64,000 bases of DNA from Phoronis australis (lineage: Eukaryota; Animalia; Phoronida): positions 62,001-126,000 of the forward strand of contig NMRA01000283.1 of NCBI GenBank assembly GCA_002633005.1. The letters are read 5' to 3'. Below, piece by piece: positions 51,201 through 64,000 of the stretch. Position numbers and translations under genes: made by a program. Each line of letters starts with the position of its first letter. The first letter of the stretch is position 1. The notes beneath the pieces were generated by a model. It was given only the letters and a program-made list of their open reading frames with translations. It made no database searches and was not told where the DNA came from.

Positions 51201-54200
51201 TACTTTAGGCGTTGCCGATGAGGAATGGCAAACGGGATGGAATTGGGGGTGAGGGGTGATTTTCCCTTGGCTCAACCAAAAAAAAATTCCCTTCAGGCAC
51301 CTTTCCCGTCCAGTGAGAGAGGGCCCTCACATTTCAGATCTCATGCTGAACGAACATTCTCAGTTGCAGCACAATCCTAATAGCCCAAGGTCTTCTTGGT
51401 TGATTTGTAAAATAATTACATCTTCCTAAACAAAGTAATAGATTTGCGAAAATTCGATGCTCACGGCAGAAGACGATTGCCGTCCGAAAAACTTCTGCTG
51501 TTTAAGGTAAATTTCCTGGATTATTGGAAAACATTTCCACTGTACAGTAATGATAAGGTTATTTAGATCGGCGGCTAGAAAAATATCCAAATTTGGCCAA
51601 CTAGGGAACATCGTATCTCAGACGGCTGATACGAGTCGTATGAAACTTTCCAATACAAGGTTTTATACAGTGTTCTCTAATGTAGTATAAGGAATTGTTT
51701 TTGAAATATTACGCTTTAAGCATTAATTATTGGATTTTTATGATTTCCTTGGAAACTCTTAAAAGTTGCACAAACTGAAAACAAAACGATGATTTAGAAA
51801 ACTGTAACAGCATCGTTGTGATTCCTTCTTGAACACTTATATCAAACAAACTTTGATCACGTATCTTCGTATTTTTTTCTAAATTTACTAAAAAGACATC
51901 TTCATGTGGTCCGATTAATGGCAGATTGGTAGAAAGTCAAATCGAACAGACTTCCTACTTTCAGAAATATAGGTATGCTTTTCGTACTAAGTTAAAATTT
52001 ATAGTTTTATGGTTATTTGACTGAGTACAAAGTCTTGTTGATAAGGCCTACATACAACCTTAGGGGAGTGCTGATTTCTATTGAAACGCTGTTTGCGATG
52101 GTATGATGTGTATGTGCTCAAGGGTTTAATAATAATGTCCAAGAATATTGCGTTTTGCTTCTTGCCTAAGGAGATGTCAGTAATAATTAATGGGTAAATA
52201 TTTCCTTCTGTCGGTTTGCAAATTTACGTAGATTGTTGACCTTAACTAAACTAGCTCCCCAGAGTCTTTCCCTGCGTTAAAGGTGTGTAGAACCTTATCA
52301 ACATTTAGCCAAATGTCTACGAAATTTAACTCTGCAAAAATTTTTTTTTTCTGAAAGTAGAAATTCTGAACTATTTGATTTTTTACTTGATACCAATCTT
52401 CTACCAATTAAGGTATCGTCACGTGACCACAAACTTTATTTAGGAAAATTTAGCAAAAAGAAAGGCGTAGTACCGATTTCAATTAGACCAAATTTTACAT
52501 GATGTAAAGGTACAAGTTAAAATCTTAAAAACACTATTACAGTTTTCTAAGTTTATCCAACTTAATTGACACTAAACAAGGTCATAAGGTTGGTAGAGTA
52601 CAAATTGACTATCACAACCAGTAAAATGTTAGTACCTTGACAGTTTCGGCAATTCTCATTAGCCATCTTTGGAAACTGTTGTGCACTAGGTGGCGTGGTG
52701 ATGAAGCTGTTCCAAATTTTAGACAACTCATACCCCCCATCGTCCCTGTGGCTCAGTTATGAACATGGATGATGGGGGTATTTAGTTATGTAAAATTTGG
52801 AACAGTTTCATCACCACGCCACCTAGTGTCCAATAGCTTCCGAATATGGCTGCTGAGAGTAGCCGAAACTGTCAAGGTACTTACACTTTTCTGGTTGTGA
52901 AAATAAGAAATAATCAATTTGTTTACCCAACTTTCTGCTGTCGGATTCCTGGACCTACATGACTTAGTAAAATTTTGCTGGCAATTGGAAGGTCGAATAC
53001 AGTTAATTAAAGTTGTTAAAAGCGAAGCACTAGCAAATGACATGAGATTAACTCCAGTGGTATGAAAATAAGGCTAGAGATCTGCTTCACCGATGTTGTT
53101 TCATTGTGGATAAATACTTCGAGATTGAATTGTCGCTGTGTAGCCCAGGACCGTCCTGTTGTGAAGTTGACTACACATATACATGCTTTATCAGCGACAA
53201 GCTTTTTTCCTCTTTCGTTTTCCCTCTCTCTTAATACATCATTAAAACATCTTAACGCTTTCGTTTGCAACTAAAGTTGCGGGAACTTGATGGCGGACTA
53301 TCGTTGTGTTTCTGTTCTTGAGACATGATTGGGTGGATTTATCTGCTTGATTGACATGACGTAACTGTCCATTGGTATATATAGTCATCTGAGAAGGTAA
53401 CGATGCTGTTTAAATTATCACTTCATTATTATTTTGGTAACTAATAGATTGATATGAAATTCATTAAGCACCTTTGTTTCAGGCGTTATCCAAGTTTGTT
53501 TCTTTATAATTGACCTATCGCAAGCTCCGCCCCCTTGAGAAAAGTCGGCTACAAAGTTTTACCTGACAACATGTTGTTTTGGTTGGTTAAAATGGTGGCT
53601 TGGAAACGAAGGTGTGTCAAGAATGCTGTGCTCTCATTTGTCAATCGAGCCGTCACTCAAAATCCTGGTGCTAGGTCAATTGGCTCATTTTAATGTATGC
53701 TGCTCAAGTAACTTATGTAGTCTGTTCATGTTTAGCATTTGGACAAGGCTTAGCTACTGTGAGGAGTTTGACAAAATGTGTGGTATTATACATCCAGGGT
53801 TAAATTGTGTCTAGGAAAGCTTTATGTCTAGTCATTTTACAACCATAACTATTTGATACATGATTTGGTTTTTTATCAATCGATTTGCTTTGAGCAGCTG
53901 TTGTCTGTAATTCAATAGGCAGTGATGTTTCTGTAGCCCATGGCAGGAGCTATGTCATTTCTTGTCTATGACATTGTGTTATGTGAGACCTGTTGCCAAT
54001 TAGTTTCAATTATGTCAAATATCAGCTAGAATGACATTCATTACCACTAATTGGGAACAGTTCAATGATCAGGACATGGCCATAGTTCACAGTTATTGAG
54101 AATTTAAGGTATATATTCCTAATAAAGGCTGTCAGTAATACCTGGCATTAAAAATTATTTGTTAAACATTGTCCTCAAATACATGTACCTTGCTCAGTCG

Positions 54201-57200
54201 TATGCTACAGGTGGCGTTGTGTAAATCGGGCAGTAAATACCCTCATCCTTTTAAGTTCGGAGTAGAGTTTTTCACTTAAACTAGCATCACCCAAGATATT
54301 GTGAAAAAATTCATCCAGTGGATTTGAGCATGCTTGTAATATAACACTGCCAATGTTGAACCTGAAGATTTTGGATAGATTACAACCAGCTGTTAAATGC
54401 TTACACAAAAGTAATGGGATGTTGAGTAAGGATGTGATTTGTTTATAAATTTCCACCTTAAATGCTTTGTCTAGTTGGCCTCTGTGGCTGCCACTGGATG
54501 GTTATGTAGGTTCCACTGCATCCTTATCACATTTGATATTCCTTATATGTGAATTTCAGCCTTTCCGTTACAGCCAATCAAAAATTTTCAGATATTGCCC
54601 AATTCCTGTGAAATGAAGAGTGGCTGTTTATAGATGTGAACCCATGTTTCGTGGAAGAGGTGAACATTTTATTTAGACTACCTGCCACCAAAATTAGTTA
54701 CTTGTGAGAGTTGAGTTATGGGTTTGCAAAGAACTGATAGTTTGTTATTCCTCAAGAACTGGTTTGTGGCATAAAATATACTCTGCCTGTCTTTGTGACA
54801 TTAGGGAACTGTGAGAGTTCGATCTGAAGTAATGAAAAACTGTCATTTTTTTCGAAGCAATACTAAGTCATCTCAAGTTTGATTGTACAATTTGCATGGG
54901 ACCAATTTACGATACATATTTTGTGAAGACAGGCTGGTTTATTGTTGGTTCAACACATTCCTGAGTCCATTGGTGATCGGAATTACGTGGCCATTTTGTA
55001 ATGACCGATTTTGCCCACTGTTAATGAATCATCTCATAAAGAGCAAAAAAGCAACTCATGAAAAGTTCCTCGTTGCTAATAATAACCATTCGAGGAGCAA
55101 TTCCATTTCAGACTGATGTATGCAGAGAAGAGTAGTATGTCGTAGGAAATATATCAATTGTTCGCACTTATCCATACTTGTTGTTATCTGCTGCTGAGTG
55201 GACTTATTACTTATTCCAAGTATGTTGTTTTTGTCGTGATTTTTTTGTTTTCATACGCATGCTGAAGGTTGCTTTTGTCGTCCCATCGACATAAAAATCA
55301 TGACCATCATGATGTCTGAGCACAAGGGGAATAGGCCTTTTGCGAGTTTATAACAATAACGCGAGATTATGTGAGACTTAACTGTGACGTCACGGGAAGT
55401 GGGGCAAAAGCTTGTCGTTTGGTCATTTGCCCAATACGGTAGCAGAGTGTATTCTGTTATTGTCTTCGAGTTTTTAGCCGTTTAGTTCGAAAAATGTCNA
55501 TTTATTATATGTGAATTTCAGCCTTTCTGTTACAGCCAATCAAAAATTTTCAGATATTGCCCAATTCCTGTGAAATGAAAAGTGGCTGTTTATAGATGTG
55601 AACCCATGTTTCGTGGAAGAGGTGAACATTTTCAAGTTATTTAGACTACCTGCCACCAAAATTAGTTACATTGTGAGAGTTGAGTTATGGGTTTGCAAAG
55701 AACTGATAGTTTGTTATTCCTCAAGAACTGGTTTATGGCATAAAATGATACTCTGCCTGTCTTTGTGACATTAGGGAACTGTGAGAGTTCGATCTGAAGC
55801 AATGACAAACTGTCATTTTTTCCGAAGCAATACTAAGTCATCTCAAATTTGATTGTACAATTTGCATGGGACCAATTTACGATACATATTTTGTGAAGAC
55901 AGGCTGGTTTATTGTTGATTCAACACATTCCTGAGTCCATTGGTGATCGGAATTACGTGGCCATTTTGTAATGACCGATTTTGCCCACTGTTAATGAATC
56001 ATCTCATAAAGAGCAAAAAAGCAACTCATGAAAAGTTCCTCGTTGCTAATAATAATCATTCGAGGAGCAATTCCATTTCAGACTGATGTATGCAGAGAAG
56101 AGTAGTATGTCGTAGGAAATATATCAATTGTTCGCACTTATCCATACTTGTTGTTATCTGCTGCTGAGTGGACTTATTACTTATTCCAAGTATGTTGTTT
56201 TTGTCGTGATTTTTTTGTTTTCATACGCATGCTGAAGGTTGCTTTTGTCGTCCCATCGACATAAAAATCATGACCATCATGATGTCTGAGCACAAGGGGA
56301 ATTCCACCCCATGACTCAGTGTTGAGTAAAAGCGGAATTCCAACATCACGAAAGGCAATTCATTAGGCTCCCATTACCTGGCATTTCCCAACTCTCAACT
56401 ATGATTGCTTCTATTGGCATGAGGTGCACGGGTGCCAGCCAGTAAACATACAGAGCTAATTCACACTAGAGCAGAAACTTGCTTTTTAAAAAAGGTTTGG
56501 TTAGAGGAAAATGTTTTAATTCTGGTAGTTAATATGCAAGTGAAACTTCGCTGAATATAGTAGGATTCATATCGAAGCTTCGGTACCGACGGTGGGAAAT
56601 CTTAGTGATAGCAAAACTTTGGCGAAGTTATTGGTAGAGGTTGCGGCATCAATGTAATATTACATTAGAATCATGAGATATCCCACACAAGGTGTTATTG
56701 AAGAGTTTTTACATAGGTAGCCTACATTTTAGTTCCTCATTCTCATTTCTCATTTCTGTTCATGGGCCATATACTCTCAAAGCCAATGCTCATTTTCAGG
56801 AACACTGGAAAATTGCAGGAGAACATTTTTCATAAGCCACCAGTCAATACTCCTTTGAGGTATGGAATGAAGGCTGTACTGTCTGGTGTTTATTAATGAC
56901 TGAATCACCTGTAAACCAGAGTAACTTTAGTCCACTGTTGCCACAGTTGATCCTCCTTTTGTGAATCAGCTGCATGGAAAATTGCTCAATTAGAGGTGTA
57001 TTTTGGACTATTTGCAATGAATAGCTATGTGATGACTTCCAAGGTCATAAACCAATATACCAGTAAGCTGACATACTCTAGACTGAGTTCTTTTGTTGAT
57101 TTGTGTTGGTTGAATTGCCTTCTTGTTCTGGCTTTGTGTTCTGCTTTTCCTTGTCAATGTCAGAAAAATTAGTCATGGTGATTTAAATGATAACAGTCCA

Positions 57201-60200
57201 TATAGATTTCAAAACATGTATACCTATCCTCAGTAACAATTGAGTATGGTTCAGTTTGGTAAAACTGCAAAGTTTACATAATTCTGTAGAGTCTTAGAAC
57301 CAACCACTGTTTTGTTCATGATTCTTGATCAATCTCAGTGATTATGAACAATAAATATGTTATGAACAAATTTTAGGAAAGAACTTTTGTTTTGCATCTG
57401 AGCATCATCCGATATTTACATCGGAAGTTTAAAGCCTGAAACTGTGGTAGAAGTACTGACTGTACCCATCAGAATAACGAAAAGTACCGGCGTGTACTGT
57501 ACTGAATACTGAGGCAACAAAGTGACTTTGATCAAAGCTCATTTAGCTTTCACATTCATCCATAGGTACTGTTTGCACGCAGTCGGAATAGTTAGTGAAA
57601 TAACTTACTAACAAAAACTACTTGAAATTTCCGAAAAAATCATGAACATATATTCGGAAACGCCCGAGAGCTTTCAAAAATATTGAATGAAACCGAACGT
57701 AATTGGTAGGGGATGTTTTATGGAAAGGGAGGGGACATATTTTTGGAAACTGTGTTGGTGCTCTTTTAAAGTAATACTTCTCCCATACTGCTAATGTCTT
57801 TCTATTATGGTGGATAGTCTTTAAAGGAGCATGCCACCCAAAAAACAACCTAATTTGTATCAATTTAGAGCAAGTAGTTCTACTCTATAACGACAGGTAC
57901 GGTTGCGTTACCTGACCCCTGACGGAAGACGGAGGTGTTGAAATTATCCAATGACGTCATTGGTTTCACACGCAGTCTGTTCAGCAGTTCACAACACTGG
58001 TTACTGGTGTCAGCTTATCGGGTGAAGTCATCGTTTAACACCAATAAATCATCAAACTTCGATGTAAAACCCTTAAAAATACACCGAGTTCTTACAAAAA
58101 CGTGTTGTTTTATTTCGCTCTTACGAATTTATTGGTATTTGGACACACCGTAACCTACAAAGTTCGGCAGGCCAATGAGTTCCGGGTAGCAGGTGAGGAG
58201 TTTGGAGTCTGTTCGGAGATAATTTCGAAGTATTTTCCGTGAGATACAGACAGGACAACAAAGATCTGTGTTGTTTAGACTTGTGATTTTTTGAGTTCTA
58301 AACACAAAACGCTTGTTATCCTGGCCAGTGGCTCGGCTGGAGCCCGATCGGGCCCGTCACGGCTGGCCGGATTGACTCGTTATCCCGGCCAGTGGCTTGG
58401 AAACTGATCAGACATCACGAACATAAACCAGCCAAAGTTCAGTGGCGGAAACTAAACTTCCAGTCAAGAAAATACTATACTAGTGAGCCAAAGTAATGTG
58501 CACCTGATTATGTTGGTGAATTAGCCACGAAACTGCAAGTTTACTTACTCGTCGGGGGCCATGAATTCAGGTTCCACTTTGGCCACAGCACCGTCAGGGC
58601 AGAAGTTGTACATTGACAATCATTATTTGAATAATGTAAATGTAAATAAAGATTCCCCTAAGACCTGGCCGTGGGATGGAAATCAAGTTTTTCACAACAG
58701 TTTCTGCCAGCAAACACTAAATTAGCATGAGCTCACATGGCCTCGGTGTCTCGTCAACTCATTAGTTTCATTGCACCTAAAGCCGGTAACGCAGTGTTTT
58801 GTTCATTGCTGGCTTCTCAAATCATTTATACTCACGAACACTCCAAAGGCATTTCAAATTGTATTTAATGAGACAGACTTTGTTTCAGTTTTATATAAGT
58901 ATTGGTTAGGGTGAGAATAATTCATTTTGAAACAGAACGCTCGGCCAAATGCCAACAAGGCAACTCGCAATCCCGACTTTGGACGAGCTAGAGCTCATCA
59001 GTACCGACTTCACAGGTGGGCCGTTAAGTTTTACAGGCTATCAATTCGAACAGGAATACAGTGATGAAGAAATACTAGAGAGGCGCCGTGAACAAGCCCA
59101 GGCAACGGAACGTATGGAGTTATTTAGTAAGCCCATTCGTCAGGCACTGTCGACGTCTGCACGCCACAGACACGGAGATGTTTCACGGCCTCATACTTGC
59201 TATTTACAGCGTTCATTTCATTCTTCACTACCATGAGCCACTTCCTAAGCATTTCGGACTCTCGAGGAAGTAAAAAAAAAAACGATATACCCGCTTTCCT
59301 CGCAACTGCTTAGTTCGGACAAGCGGGAACGATGCACCGCAACATAGCGACATTCACTCTGCATATGAACCACTGACGTCGCTAGCGTCGTTTCCCACCT
59401 TCCTCACAGGTTAACGCGACACCTCTTGGCAAGGTAATGTCGACCGTATGCGAGGCGATGTGGATATAGACCGATTAAGACAACAAAAAAGACAAATTAA
59501 ATCGGGTGGCATTCTCCTTTAAGGACCTTAGGTTGCATAGGATTTCAATGGTTGTTAAGGTGCACACGAATGTGTCTGCACCCTTAGCAGAAAGCCTGGG
59601 GGCTTTGAGTAATGGTGAGGGCAGACTTACTGTATATTCATTAGGTCATGTGATGAGGCCAACAGGTGGCGTGCAGACCAGACTTAAAAATGTTTGCAGT
59701 TATTAAAATATAAAAGCATGTAAGTGAAGCCATCAGTGCGTGCATACAGGGCAATCTTCACGGAATCCATAGGAAAGAAATCATAATAACCTGCACTTGT
59801 TACAATCTGGAGCCCAGAGGTTTGAGGCTAAAGTCGGAATTGAGTGAGATTCATTCAGGAATGATTGAATAACAGGCCATCTACTTGACTTGGCATGACA
59901 CTGGTCAGATTGTATCTATTTCTTAGATCATCTCTAACGATGAATTCCCACACTTGCATTCAACTATCATAGCTGGGTATTTTGTTTGTACTCATCCGAG
60001 GAAAGTGGATGATTTGTCTGATTATTTTTGACCTGCACTATATGTGAATAGATTTATTTCTCCTATGACTTTCTGGTCATTAGTGAATGTCATCTGTTTC
60101 TCGCAGAGGAGCAACTTACTGTTTTCAAGTTGTTTGAGATTTCCCGGTCTGCTCATTTTATCAAGGCTTGGAATAGCCAATGACAAAAAGGAGGAATTTT

Positions 60201-63200
60201 TTCCAGGTGATGTATCGTTCCACAAATAGGTTTGTGTGATAGAAATATTTTCTTTGTTGTAAAATCTAAGTTGATAATCCATTTTGCATGAATAATGTCA
60301 AAATAATGATAAAAAGAAACGGAAATTGAGGAAACTGGAAATCAAATAAGAGGAAATCGAAACCAAAAAAGAAGAAGTCATCTTAAAATAGAAAAATTCC
60401 ATAGAAAAATTCCAAGCCCTGTTTCATGTACCGGATGTTCTCTACACTTTTATTGGTTTACCATCCATTGTTAGTTGAAGGCTAATATTCTTAATCATTA
60501 CCTCCTCATCACGATAATCATTTTCATTATCATTGCCGTTTTCATTAATTTTATTTCTGTTGTTGCTCCTCAAATTGCATTCAGTTTACTTTAAAGTTGA
60601 GGCTGTAGGGTGAACCACAAAATCTCACCAATTTTGGAGAGTGAGTTGTCGGTCAAGCGAAATTTTATTTTGGCGTTTAAAAGATATGTAGCCGGCACCA
60701 AATTTGTGCTTTTCCACGTTAAAGTTCTGCTTGATCATCGGACAATATTTTAAAAAATTCAGCGTGCATTCAACAAAGCTACATGGCCTGGAAATTAACA
60801 GGCCGTTTTGGCTGTTTGTTTTTTGTTCAGAAGTGATGGTTTTACCTTATAACTGAAACTAACAATAGTAGTAGCAGTACCTAGCAGCCGCAGCTGCAAC
60901 ACTATTTTCAACAGTCATTACGCTTACCCTGAACTTTCAATCTCCAATTCATCTTAGCAGTCGACCCTTCAGCAATTACTGTCAGTTTCAGGCTTAGCGA
61001 GGCTCCAAACAGAACAGAAATGGTGGTAAAGAATTCCAGCAACATTTTGCTTCCATCTAGTAATTGTTAGATGTGAAATCAATGGCCACTTGAAGTGTTT
61101 TTGTAAATTGGCTTGGTTCAGCTTAAGGTGCGGAAGCACTGGGATGTCCACCAGGGTCTGACCTCCCACCTCCTGGGTCACTTCTACATTGCTGATATGG
61201 AGGCATCTCATAAAAGTAGTTTCTTTATGGGTACCTCTTTGGGCAAATTCTGGATCCGTGCTCATGGAATGCTCATCTCACTTAATTGTCTATCCAGAGC
61301 AAGTCTGGTAATCTCATTTCAATTCTATCAACGACAAAAGGGTCCAATGATTCCCCAGAGCATGCTAGTTCCCATAGCAGAAGTAGCTTCCACACACATT
61401 ATTTACAGAATCCCTGAAAAGAAGGTAAAAGAAACAAATGTCTGGAAAAACGCCTACAGCCAGGTAGGACATAAATTTCCTTCTTGGTTGCCTCATTCTT
61501 ACCCAGAAGGATCAGTGATTACAAAGGTCCACTTTTACTTTAATACTTGATTATTCAATTGGTCCACTAGGTGTCAACTTTGTGCTGAGGAAGGCTGCCA
61601 ATAGTGCATCACCCAAGACCACTATTACTGTTGAGGGTAATCACTATGTTATCAAGACAGAAACCACATTCAAGACCACTGAACTGAAGTTTAACCTTGG
61701 TGAAGAAACAGATGAGGTCAGAGGTGATGGGGCAAAGGTCAAGGTATGTTAAACTGTGCCCCTACTTAAAGGTCAAAGCCAGATGAAATGCATTCTTGAA
61801 CTTTTGTTCAATTAAAGTGTAGGATTTCCATTGTACCTAGTTTTATTTTGATGTACCAATATTATGTAATCTGATTAAGCTATACACTTTTCAGTCCATG
61901 TGTTCACAAGTACAGCTTAATCTTTTGGGCAATGATTTTGAAGCAATTCTAAATGCTTCAACATTTTTCAAAAAATGAAAAGATCAATTGTGGCAGTTTT
62001 GTTGTCTGAAAAGGATGAAATGTCATGTATGTATTTTTCTTCCTGAACTCTAAAATTGTGACTGGTTCTTTTTGGGCACTCAGGGAAGGTTCTCTAAAAA
62101 TGCCTTTTTCTAAATTTCAGTTGTCTCCAAATGACTGAGAAAATTCAAACTCCACCAGAATTTATTATAAAATTGATGTCTATTTTTGAAAACCCAAATC
62201 CATACTGTGATGAGTTTGTGGGTTAGGTCTTGGAACAATCGGTTCACTGTATTATGTACCATTACCCTGAGCTGTTAAAGCCAAGAAATTTCCAATATCA
62301 TGATGTGATCTAAAATCAGGCTGGATTAAACTTAGCAAACATGCCTATTGTGTTGGTATACAATGCTATGGTAAGGTAGCTAGAGCGTACAGCCACACAA
62401 ATGAATTAGGAGGTGAAATCCAAGTCTGATTTCCAGCTGAAAATCAACCATTTTTATTTGTTCAAAGTTTTATGTGAAAGTATTTCATAAAAACACATCT
62501 GCATGATATTTCTGAAAGTCATTTGCCTAAAGTATTCTTTAAACATTGGTTATCCTCACTCTGTTTACAGCATAAATGTTGGATTACATGAGCTTATGAG
62601 ATGAACATAGACAATTAGAGCTCTGAACTATGTTGAGGTTGGTTTACCAATTTTCTCCCCTTACTATGGCTGTCCGACTGATGAGGATGTGGCTGTAATC
62701 CAAGCCTCCTGATCACCAAAATGAGAAACTCTTGAGTCACCCTACAAGGCAGGGCGTCACGGGACTGGTACCAATGAGTCCAAAATGTACTAATTTTTTA
62801 AAGAAATGAATAATCTCCTGTTATTTCAAACTTGTTACCACTGGTAAGTAAGCCAAGCTGGGCCCCATAATTCAACTCGATGCAGTGACGAGTTAAAGCA
62901 TGTTGTGGAAAACACTGACTTCCCAGCCTGAATATTTCAAACATGGCATCCTACTGGGTTACAGCTGAGGGATAAAGACATGTAAATCGGATCTCATTCT
63001 TGGGCGGTTATCACCTGTCCACATGCTCCGATTTTTTGTCCAAAATTGGCTTCTCTACCTCTAAGCCACTAAACAAGTGTGGCTATAAAATTTTCACTGT
63101 ATGTCTGTCTTAACGTAGTGCTAACTTGGAAAGTTTGGTTAATCGCCTGACGTCATCACCGACTGGACTGTGTATAACATCTGTGATCAGTTTCTCCAAA

Positions 63201-63327
63201 TGATGATTTCGTAATTTTACAGAGCACCACGGTTGCCGAGGGTGACACCAAACTGGTGCAGACACAGAAAGGAGGGCAAATCGATACTTCAATAATAAGA
63301 GAACTGATTAATGATGAAATGCACATG
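45233..63327 (+). CDS. Fatty acid-binding protein (intracellular lipid-binding protein family), exons 1-3; exon 4 lies beyond the window
   Basis: Exon 1 45233-45302 (MAQLAGVWKLDKSDKFDDYLQKLG, GxWxL motif, phase 1); exon 2 61571-61743 (173 nt, GVNFVLRKAANSASPKTTITVEGNHYVIKTETTFKTTELKFNLGEETDEVRGDGAKVK); exon 3 63223-63327 (STTVAEGDTKLVQTQKGGQIDTSIIRELINDEMHM). Exon sizes and phases fit the canonical 4-exon FABP layout. Confidence 0.92.
51039..51328. mobile_element. Degenerate hAT-like MITE
   Basis: Ends CAGGGCCC / GGGCCCTC; flanks ATATT and ACATT (4/5 match, possible decayed 5-bp TSD); internal AAATTACCC(C)TC repeats. Confidence 0.4.
52600..52920. repeat. Long imperfect palindrome (fold-back MITE core)
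   Basis: TCACAACCAG..AAATG..AGTACCTTGACAGTTTCGGC...CACTAGGTGGCGTGGTGATGAA.CTGTTCCAAATTTT is mirrored by AAAATTTGGAACAG.TTCATCACCACGCCACCTAGTG...GCCGAAACTGTCAAGGTACT...CTGGTTGTGA. Confidence 0.75.
54543..56301. repeat. ~790-bp tandem duplication around a single n (likely uncollapsed haplotypes)
   Basis: 54543-55331 is nearly identical to 55505-56301; n at 55499; the first copy is followed by ~165 bp absent after the second. Confidence 0.85.
58949..59160 (+). pseudogene. Truncated N-terminus of a putative Kolobok second protein (KolX-like)
   Basis: MPTRQLAIPTLDELELISTDFTGGPLSFTGYQFEQEYSDEEILERRREQ resembles the (P/G)YxFEP-acidic motif recalled from KolX/P2X7-ballast-like proteins; the Cys-rich domain that should follow is missing. 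Recognised from memory, not searched. Confidence 0.5.
59158..59345 (-). pseudogene. THAP zinc-finger remnant (N-terminus of Kolobok transposase)
   Basis: MLRCIVPACPN*AVARKAGISFFFLLPRESEMLRKWLMVVK...KHLRVCGV: THAP C-x4-C, SFFxxP, W and RVC pattern; one in-frame stop; breaks off where the final His is expected. Absent from the ORF track. Confidence 0.8.
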
Positions 63328-64000
63328 GTAAGCTGGTGTGGGGGTACCTGGAGGCAGGGCGCTTCAGTGCTGTCTCACGGTGAGACAGGCAGTACTCAGC
63401 CAAGAATTGTATGATGACACTTGGCTTACCTCAAAATCCAACTGCTGCTTGGTGATTTGACCCAATTATATTGCACATGCATCAGAATTAATGAGGAGCA
63501 TAATATGGCAACATCATATAAAAAGGTTTTCAGTTGTGAAAGTCACATTTCTTGTCCTATTTTCAAAATTATAAACCTAACCACATAATACCTTTCACCA
63601 ACTATTCACGTATGCTTTGTCAAAACTTCCAAAAGGAAAATTTAAAGATACTATCTTCACCCCCATTGTGTTTGTGATGAGTCTGCTTATCTAGATACCA
63701 ATAATGTCAGCAGCCTCAAGCGATGTAATTAACTACAACAGCATGGTGTTTTTGATCAATGCTGCAGAGTTTGAGGTACGCAATCCGGTCGAGTTGCCGA
63801 ATCTCAACCAGTGAGGGTGTCTACAACTGTAAAGAGTGATAGGATTCTTTTCATACATGAAAGTTTGCAGTTAGTATTAGACATACGGAGTACTGCCAAT
63901 AATCTGTGGTTTTACTTTGAAGTGGGAAATACAGTAATTTGTCTTTTATTTCGCCTCTGAAAAGTTTCCGAAATTGTCATTGTTTTGTTTTTCGAGGCAG

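Larger units (their letters stand above)
57825..59518. mobile_element. Internally deleted Kolobok DNA transposon
   Basis: TTAA TSD (57821-57824, 59519-59522); TIRs AGGAGCATGCCACCC / GGGTGGCATTCTCCT; convergent coding remnants inside (THAP on -, KolX-like N-terminus on +). Confidence 0.88.

Noticed and set aside
61113-61550. 145-aa plus-strand ORF; the minus strand faintly resembles a LINE ORF2 C-terminus (RIQNLPKEVPIKKLLL)
   Set aside because: No domain on the plus strand; the minus-strand resemblance is short and stop-ridden, and cannot be supported without a search.
63328-64000. FABP exon 4
   Set aside because: No acceptor followed by a short FABP C-terminal strand with the R-x-Y motif was found; presumably downstream of the window.

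Overview
Eukaryotic (invertebrate animal-like), AT-rich, intron-containing genomic DNA, so most short ORFs in the six-frame track are noise. Four spliced genes can be rebuilt from GT-AG junctions. (1) The 3' five coding exons of a cation-type nicotinic acetylcholine receptor alpha subunit (+, 655-9118). (2) A >=1770-aa NWD1/NWD2/qui-1-type STAND protein (DUF4062-like N-terminus, NACHT, WD40) ending in a CaaX box (CVIQ*), mostly encoded by one 4.57-kb exon (+, 23483-31329). (3) A complete 5-exon SLX1 structure-specific endonuclease (-, 38753-33134). (4) Exons 1-3 of a fatty-acid-binding protein (+, 45233-63327) with a 16.3-kb first intron and an AGGTCA half-site array in its promoter. Non-coding DNA is rich in delimitable mobile elements: an internally deleted Kolobok (THAP and KolX-like remnants, TTAA TSD), Kolobok-type MITEs, several hAT-like elements with 5-bp TSDs, a non-autonomous LTR element (tRNA-Ser PBS, PPT), a 5'-truncated L1/Tx1 LINE with a 15-bp TSD, and long-TIR MITEs. 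Two tandem duplications around single 'n' bases look like uncollapsed haplotypes, one exposing a probable heterozygous insertion. All calls are by eye; no database searches were run.
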